Shown piece by piece: positions 56,338-64,000 of a DNA stretch of 64,000 nt (its first letter is position 1; each line of letters starts with the position of its first letter). A program made the translations under genes and the position numbers. The notes below the pieces were generated by a model, which searched no databases, was not told the origin of the DNA, and worked only from the letters and a program-made list of their open reading frames with translations. This DNA comes from Schizochytrium sp. TIO01 (taxonomy: Eukaryota > Protista > Bigyra: Labyrinthulomycetes). Location: contig SMSO01000035.1 in the NCBI GenBank assembly GCA_004764695.1, positions 3,360,040 through 3,424,039 of the forward strand, read 5' to 3'.

Positions 56338-58834
56338 ATGTTTGGCTGGTCCATCAGAACAAGCGGTGCTGCGTCGCAGAGTGGTCGCGTTGCTCCCGGA
56401 GACGGTGGCGGAAAGTACTCTGTCGTGCCCCAGGACCATGAAACGGGCCACATCATGAACCGGCCGAAGCATAAATTGCACCACTTCGGCCTTTGTGGAT
56501 GGAGTAGATGACACGCGCCTCACCCGATCGATGCGCATCCACCGCATCCTGTTGCTCTTCGTTTACCCTGTTTTACTGGCTGTGCTTGTGATTGCCGGAT
56601 TCTGTGTATCAATCTACGAACACACAACATGTCTTCCAGTTTCACACTACTCTGTTGTCCAAACGAACTTTAGCAGTCGTTTGGGTGAAGCGCTGGGACA
56701 GACAGTGCCAACACCTTCTTCGGCTCCCACGCCGTCGCCCGTCTGTGGCGGAAGCACCACCCGCACCGAGTCCCGTGTCATCATAATCTTCATCTTCATC
56801 TTCATCTTCTGCTGGGGCCATGGCTGACGAGTCCTATGGAGACGATTCTACCAGCAGCAGCAGCGGCAGTTCAATTGATGGCAGTCTCTCAAGCTCTGCG
56901 CTGGGGACTGAATATTCAGAGGAATACTCCCTCAAACCAGGCCAGGTTATTTTAGGCTCGGAGACTGTTCCGGACTACTACGAAAGCTTGGAGGGCAAGC
57001 TGATGACTCTTCTGCCCACTGTTGAACAAACCTCTGCGCCAAGACTCTTTCCCACGGCGTCTCCGACCACACCCACTGCTCCCACTGTGCCTGCCGTTGA
57101 ACCCACCCTATCCCCAACCCTTGTGGGCGGAGACAGCGGTGGTAGTGGAGAAGATGAAGACACCTACTCCGAAGTAGGGGATGGCAAGGTCTCTCGCTGG
57201 ACTTATGATGACATTGTTACACGAACAGGAGACTTTACCGGCGGCACGACCGACTATCAGACCATGTTTTGGCAAGGTGATCTCAAATTGATCTAGCCTA
57301 ACGACGATGGTTATGTTTACTTAGCTCTCAGTCAATTAGGAACCAAAGTCAGTTCAACCTCCTTCACAGAGTATGTACTGGAAGGCACGATGGGTACAGG
57401 GTCCATGGCAGTGCCCTGGGAGTACGTCACAAGCCCCGTCGCAGCCGTGCGGATGAATGCTACCGAGGCCATCGAGCACCGCAAGCTTAATCTGTGGAAT
57501 GTTTTATATTGCCAATTCCCTGCTTGTCAGCGAGCTAATGTTTGGCAAGATTATCATGTGTGTGGGTCAGCGCAACATAGGTATGCCTGTCAAATATGAC
57601 CTCGCTGCCACTGGTTCTGTGGCCAAACATGACGCGCAGATCCACAGCTACCGAATGGCGTACCAATACACGGCCAATGATGTCTCTGCTCACAGTTGGG
57701 ATAACACCGAATCCAACCTCTCTGAAATCAGCGCTGAGTGCTATGCTACTGCCGTCGCTTACCTAGACCGCTTTCCTAATGCGGGATATATCGGTGCTGT
57801 GACCAGCACCTCACCAGAAACCTCATTCAAACACTTTATTCCTGACTGGATCAATTCTTACTCTAATGATCGTGGTTATAACCGCGTCCTTTCACAGGTG
57901 CGTTACAATGGCATCGAAATCCTCCTCGTCCCATGCTTATGAGGGAATGCTAACTGCGGCAAATATGAACAATCACATTGATGTTCTGTTTACCCAGTTT
58001 TTTAAGACTTATCTCCAAGCCACACACCCCAACACGAAAGTAGCCCTTATGGGCGCCTACCTGATATCCACATCAATGGAGGCATTGGTGGTGCAGTCGA
58101 ACGAGTTGATGCGTAATTATGTGGACGTCTCGTTGCACGCGTATGGCTTGAGTGCAACGTTCGTCAGTACATACGACTTGGAAGACCCATACCTTCGTGT
58201 GGACCAGACCATAGTACACACTTCAGACGGTTGTGCTGATGATGACGAGACGGTGTGGCCTCGGTTCCTGGATGGATGGTGTGAGAATCAGGAGTCGAAC
58301 CGTATCTTTGACAAAGTTGGGATGCCCCGCCTCAAGGGTCCCATTGGGTACCGAGGCGTTGTTCAGCTTTACCTGAATATTACCAGCAGCCAAGATGCCT
58401 CGTTTTACCTAGCTCCCAGCTTTACTTCATTCGCTGTGGAGAATGATCGTAGTATCTTATTGACCTTTAATCGACCCGTTAGTTTTAGCAACGCCACCTT
58501 CCAGTCTTACGAGATCCCGTTTCGCTGGGCGGGAGTTACATCAAGCGCATACTATGGTTACAACTCAGGCGGCGAGCGCATTGAATCATCGGGTGTTTTC
58601 GTCAGCGAAGATGGGCATGTATTGAATATCACGCAAACGCACGCAGATTATTTTTCAATTGCTATGAAATCGGCCTTTTATGCACAGACAATGTTTACCT
58701 GCTGTAATAACTATGATAACTACGTTTCTTCGAGTAGTGGTACAGAAGATCTGGTTTGCCCGCCGATGAACTGCGGTCTTAATTCCCTCGAGGACCCTTA
58801 CATTCCTGTTGATATATTTAGAACTAACGATTAG
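56338..58834 (+). pseudogene. Disrupted type II membrane protein with Pro/Thr/Ser mucin-like stalk and large extracellular domain
   Basis: Collinear ORF pieces 56338-56511, 56495-56827, 56820-57296, 57390-57599, 57457-57942 and 57866-58834; TM ILLLFVYPVLLAVLVIAGFCVSI; PTxxPT repeats; in-frame TAG at 57294-57296 and about four frameshifts. Confidence 0.62.
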
Positions 58835-59098
58835 GAGCAGAATTATTGAATTTTTTTTTGGTTGGTTGGTTGGTTGGTTGGTTGCTTGCTTGATGTTGCT
58901 GCGGGAAAGGGGGAGGACAAAAAAGGAATACATACATGTAAAAATGACCAACCTTTACTTGAGCACGGAAGTGACCAGCATCAAATTACTTTTTCCTTAT
59001 TAAAAAAAAAGAATTAAATTTAAAGAATAACCAAAGTCGGCCACGAAACGATGACCAAGCAAAAGAGTAAGAGGCACTCCTTCACTACCAGCCCACCA

Positions 59099-59124
59099 CA
59101 TCCCGAGTGACTAAGGGAGACCTT
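59099..59124 (+). repeat. Right copy of 26-bp direct repeat
   Basis: Identical to 52287-52312. Confidence 0.92.
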
Positions 59125-59668
59125 CCCCCTTCAGTACGCACGGACTTGAGCCCCCATCCTTCTCCATCTGCCTACTTCCTCCTCCTTCTTCCCCAACGAA
59201 GTCAATGACCAAGCCATATAATTTGTTTGCTCTAGCTCCTACACTCTACATAGCTAGGATCGTGCCCGTGGTCACTTTGTACGAACTTACGTAAATAAAT
59301 ATGACTCTAAGCCTCTAATTTTTATCTATTCTTTAATTGCAAGGGGCCCACCAGGTGAATTAGAAATATCAACGATCATGGAATTAGTAAGAGCCCTATA
59401 TACTAGATGCGTTCTAAACCCAATTTAAATCATTCTTGGCACAACATGTTGGTAATTCACAATTGCGAAAAACTGCAAGAGGAAACATATACTACTAGGG
59501 TTTGAATCAGTACCGAGGTCACGCCGCAGTCTCTCATGTGGGACTTCAAAACTTGAAGGACTTTCTTCAATTATTAGAGAATGCTAAAACGCTAAACAAG
59601 AATTGAACAATATTTTATCAAACAGAGAAAGCTGAAAACGTTGGGCATAAAGTTAGGGATGCGTGCAA

Positions 59669-60784
59669 TTATTCTTGAAATTTGAGACGCTTCTCTGGGC
59701 AGAGTCCCTTTATGCCTTCGTCTTCATAAATATGCTTCAAGAGAGATAACTGAACATAGGTTTGGTATGCTCTGTCCCCTTTTTTAATACAAAATTTCAG
59801 ACTGTCACCCTCTGCAGCCGTGTGATTTTGCGCAAAATAGCGAATAAGGTGAAGGATTAACGCTGATCTGCAACATCCGTCTTGCTTGAAGGGTTCCATG
59901 AAGGCATTTTCGAACCTAAGCTTAAGACAGCGATCCTTTGCTTCTAGAAGGCTAGATTTACTCACAAAGGACGTGGGGTCAGTAGGTTCGAGTGAGCAGC
60001 ACACAGTGACGAGGATTCGGGCCAAAGATTTGATGAGACCCGATTCGAAAAAGCCTGCAGTGGGATCTATCCAGAAACAATCGCCAGAACTGTGAGAAAA
60101 AGTCATGGCGCACCAGTCATCCTCCAACTTAATCAGTGCAACCGCCAGCATCGCGGAGTAAAAGACATGAGGAAGGTTCTGGTCATCATGCAATGATATA
60201 TGATGATTTTCACAGATCTCCTGCACATGGCCAGCATGAAGCAATCTAATATTGTCTTGCGATTGAAGTTTGAGCAGCTCCAGCCAGATAGCTACGCACA
60301 TGACAGGTGTTGTGGGTGCTTCACCTTTACAATCCAGCAATTTCCTCATATCCCTTACAGTGATCTTTCTTCTATAGTCTTTGTCCCTTGGTCCGCCTAT
60401 CTCCAAGAGCTTGCAAGTATCATCACCAATCGCTCCGCTCTTAATTCTCGCAATCATTCTAGTAAGAATTCCTTTATCAGGGTCAGATTCCGCAGCTCGT
60501 TTGCGAATTCCTGCTAGGGCTTGCGAAGCAGAAAGCTTCTCGAGATGGTCGCTCGTGTTCGCACCTGTCGCACTAGCTGTTGATTGCTTCCTGACTTCTG
60601 TAGCCTTCAGTGCATTGCAGCTTTGCTTTTCTTTGCCTGATTCCTTTGGAGTTTCGTTTCTGGGATCATATCCATCTAGGCAGGCAAGGTCTATAGAATC
60701 CACCCCCCGTGCCAACATCCCCCTCGGCCCACCACGTTCGCTCATCGTCGAGCAAAGGTCTCTCGTTCCCTCTGACAACAACAA
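59669..60784 (-). CDS. Hypothetical protein with degenerate Ulp1/C48 peptidase-like domain
   Basis: ITVRDMRKLL, LIKLEDDWCAMTF...FWIDP and PFKQDGCCRSALILH follow the order of the Ulp1 motifs (ITxxDxxxL; HWxL...YDS; PQQxNxxDCG), but the catalytic His position reads Asp. Start uncertain. Confidence 0.5.
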   Translation of the reverse strand: MLLSEGTRDLCSTMSERGGPRGMLARGVDSIDLACLDGYDPRNETPKESGKEKQSCNALKATEVRKQSTASATGANTSDHLEKLSASQALAGIRKRAAESDPDKGILTRMIARIKSGAIGDDTCKLLEIGGPRDKDYRRKITVRDMRKLLDCKGEAPTTPVMCVAIWLELLKLQSQDNIRLLHAGHVQEICENHHISLHDDQNLPHVFYSAMLAVALIKLEDDWCAMTFSHSSGDCFWIDPTAGFFESGLIKSLARILVTVCCSLEPTDPTSFVSKSSLLEAKDRCLKLRFENAFMEPFKQDGCCRSALILHLIRYFAQNHTAAEGDSLKFCIKKGDRAYQTYVQLSLLKHIYEDEGIKGLCPEKRLKFQE

Positions 60785-62599
60785 TTCTGTTCGCTTCGTC
60801 CCTTCGGTAGACGTGCTTCAGTCGTCGCTTTCTCTTTGAGCTCTTTCTTCTCGTGTGCCACCGGTCTTCTCAAGTGTACAACTAGCAGGTCCTAGCTTCC
60901 CCTTGCTACTGATCACAACCAGCTTGCCCTGGCGCGCGTACAATCCTCAGCGCTCCTGCTGCTGAAGGTCTCCGAGTTCTGTGTTTGCTTTGCGGAAAGG
61001 CTTCGTAGGCTTACTTTTCTGATAAGAGTACTCAGTACTCACTACTTTCACCTTTAGTTATAAAAAATGGGCGAAGAACATTATCGCTCTCGATTTTGTG
61101 AAGCTTTTCCTCCTTCGTTCTTTCCTTCTATTGCTCTCTGCATTTTGAGAGTACGCGAGCCAGGCTAATCTTGCATCACTCCAATCGACGCAAGGAAACG
61201 TCAGAAAGCCAAGTTGGAGAGGTCTGAGGCTCGGAATGTTGCTTTGGGCTTAGTGTATGGAGTAGTCTTGTGAGTTTTGGTGAAAATGTTGGAGAGCTCG
61301 TTTCCTGTGAATAGAGACAAACTTACTTTTGCAAGGCGAGATTCCCTGACAGTCGCGACTATGCGGACCCCTTGTAAGTGGAGGAGAAGGGACATTTCGG
61401 CCGAGCCGTGGGGCCACAGACCCACTGTTTGGTTCACGTCGAGGTCACGATTTATTGGAGGAGTTCCTGCATATTGACAATTCACTATTGAATTTCGTGA
61501 TAATTTCATCGTGGCTGTGCCTGAGAGGGCAATGAACTCTCCGAAGGGGAGATATCGTTGTCTTGCTTGAGAGTGTCATAATGCTGTCGACTGTGTACTG
61601 ATCATCATGCGGGAATTCCCTTTGAGGTTTTATGTTGAAAATTTAGTAGTAAATTGAATATACAATCAAATAGTAAAGACACTCGGGGGTTTGGGATGTG
61701 GTGACGGGGAATATAAATGTTGGAGATGTATGCGCGTCTGTTTTGAGTTATTTTATAATTTAACTTTGGGCTCGAAGCTGGGTTTGGACTCCTGACAACG
61801 CGAAAAGGTTTACCTTTAGACAACAAAGCAACATTTTTTGATGCGCAGCGACCAATTGGATTGTCCCTGTAAAAGTGACTTAGAAAGTCCCAAGCGTTGC
61901 ATTAGTCTCACACGGTGAGACATGTGGGATTTGTCATTTTTGGCAGGTCCTATGTTTGTGAATACGCAATGATAAAGGGTAATGCGATGTAGTGTGAATT
62001 TGGGGGAGGGGCTTGACAGTTTTACGAGTGGGTGAAGCTGCAATAATTTTACAAGGCGAGTATATGATATTTGGAATGCAAGGTCTATTGAGAATCAATA
62101 TGAGTGAACTGAAAATATGGAACAGAAAAAAAAGTAAGAAACATCTCTCATTCTGCGCTGTTTTTACTATCTACAAACTCTAAATTTTACAATTATACAT
62201 TTATTGTTTAAAATTTTTTGGGTATAGTTAAGATAAGCTTGCCACTAACATGCGAAGAACTAGATGAATTTTGGCGAGTTTAGATGCAAAGTCTGTTTAA
62301 AATTTATCAATGTAAGTGAGGAGGGTGAGGAGGAGATGCGAAACAGGAAGAAAGTGAGAAACACCCTCCTTTCTGTTCTATTTTTACAATCTACAACTCA
62401 GAAATATTAAATTGATTAGTAAGTTATGCTACAAAACATAGTTGCCAAAGGAATATATGATCAAATAGTATATTTTATGTAATTGCAGTTTTAAGACAAA
62501 AGAGGTTGTAAATCTGGATACCAAGCTAAAGCAAGCCCATCTTTTACTTTACATTACTAACCTCTTCCTTGTCACACAGTTCATCGTACTTACCAATAA

Positions 62600-63500
62600 A
62601 GATCTTGCACACTACCTTGAAGTTCCATACGAATTGCCCATCATAAGTACCAAGTTCTGGGCGGGTGCCTGCCGTACTCAAATACATCAAGCAAGCGCAT
62701 TGGGCATAATGCATTCCTTCAAGGAGAACCCTTCCCTTCAGATCACAGAGTACATCGACGCAAGATTTAAGTTCGCACCATTCCCCCTCCAGGCAGCATT
62801 TCCAGATAAGTTCTCGTCGCCCACTTCATACGCTCTCGTTATCTGGACTGCCTAAGAACTTTTTACGTATCGGAGAATTGCAAGTATCTCCTTCACAGGA
62901 GTCGCTTTCAGATTGTTGACGACTCCCCGAATCTATACAACACAGATTTGCGTGTCTCTGCTGGCCTTTCCAACCTAAAGCCAGCGATAACTTCGACCCC
63001 ATTCGACTCGTACAGGTCAGACCCCGTCGCTTCCTAGTTATTTCTCAATGTTTCTGCTTAAACGCACCAACTCCTCTTTAAGGTGTAACTTTCCTTTTCC
63101 CTTCATAATCAGGCACCTTATCTTCTTCGTGTATCATACGATACATACGCTCCAGAGAGTCTCAACTTTCGTGTTCAGTTAGTTTTACTTCCCGTTCTAA
63201 GGCAGTTCCCCTTTAACTCTATTGTGCAGCTTATGTAGCACTTCCTACGTCCTCAGCAATACATTTACTCAATCTTGAACTTGTATTTTCTCAAAGAATG
63301 AAGTAGAGGTTCAGGGTATCTATACAAGGATGTTTTCAATACCCCTCACAAGACTTTATGAATGCCCTCCAAGTAAATATCGAGACATTGCAGAACAAAC
63401 GAGAACCGATATAAGTCAAGACTCTATGTAACATTCAACAGTATGATGAAGTATGTCAAAGTTACAGAGTCGGTCACCCTGTTCCTTGCATTCTTAGACT
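62600..63500 (-). mobile_element. Highly degenerate non-LTR retrotransposon (LINE) 3' remnant
   Basis: Minus-strand fragments MKGKGKLHLKEELVRLSRNIEK*L and IAGFRLERPAETRKSVLY resemble the post-RT region of LINE ORF2; many stops. Confidence 0.3.
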
Positions 63501-63793
63501 GAATAGTATAAAGGCACTTTCTACGAGTCTAAAAATTACGGGGTGCTTCCAAGTTTGACTTCGAAAGCTCTACGATCAGAGGACTGATTAGTATCACCGC
63601 GAAGAGTTAGACACATATCCAGGAAAAGGTGCAGGAAAAGGTGCAACCGCGCAGGGGGTGTCCAGATATTTAGAGCCTTAGGAAGGGCTGCTGATGACGA
63701 ACGAATCCAATCAAACTGTTTCTTTGCACCTCTGCGCCGGAGGTCATCCTCGTGGACAATTGCTCTCAGCTGCGAAGAGCACTCCAAAGAAAT

Positions 63794-63985
63794 CAAGCAA
63801 GCACGCAAGCAAGCAAGCAAGCAGGCAAGCAGGCAAGCAAGCATTTGGACAAAGTGTTTCTGTGTGGACAAATGAAAAAACAATGATTGGGACGGAAATA
63901 AAAATAAAAATAAAAATAAAAATAAAAATAAAAATAAAAATAAAAGAAAAAGGAAAAGAAAAGAAAAAGGAAAAGAAAAGAAAAG
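63794..63985. repeat. (GCAA)n, (ATAAAA)n and (GAAAA)n simple repeats
   Basis: Read directly. Confidence 0.9.
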
Positions 63986-64000
63986 GAAACGGATGAGTGT

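Larger units (their letters stand above)
52287..59124. mobile_element. Putative decayed integrated cassette bounded by 26-bp direct repeats
   Basis: Exact direct repeat at both ends; all three internal genes are disrupted; A/T-run-rich spacers; no integrase or transposase recognised. Confidence 0.45.

Overview
Eukaryotic nuclear DNA: intron-poor genes, GT-AG introns with CTAAC branch points, and microsatellite-rich intergenic tracts. The style suggests a thraustochytrid/labyrinthulomycete such as Aurantiochytrium (inference only). Positions 1-51.4 kb are mostly intact genes: histidine phosphatase, CHCHD2/10-like, USE1 SNARE, a SAP-motif acidic protein with 24-aa repeats, a 7TM protein, RPS18, a CCDC17-like protein, RIO1, a flavin amine oxidase, a secreted Cys-rich protein, Fused/STK36, a CCR4-like EEP and an ankyrin protein. 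Two features stand out there: an apparent 2-nt microexon (39083-39084) and a truncated, decaying nitrile hydratase alpha-domain copy with an in-frame TAG. From about 52 kb the window becomes accessory and decayed. A ~6.8-kb cassette is bounded by an exact 26-bp direct repeat, and the left copy sits in a loxP-like 13-10-13 inverted-repeat site. The cassette holds three frameshifted genes: a virus-like DNA-binding protein, a Crinkler-type REase+kinase and a mucin-like membrane protein. It is followed by a Ulp1-like pseudo-protease and LINE-like remnants. No tRNA, rRNA or CRISPR array was found. All family assignments come from motif recognition by eye; no database search was run.
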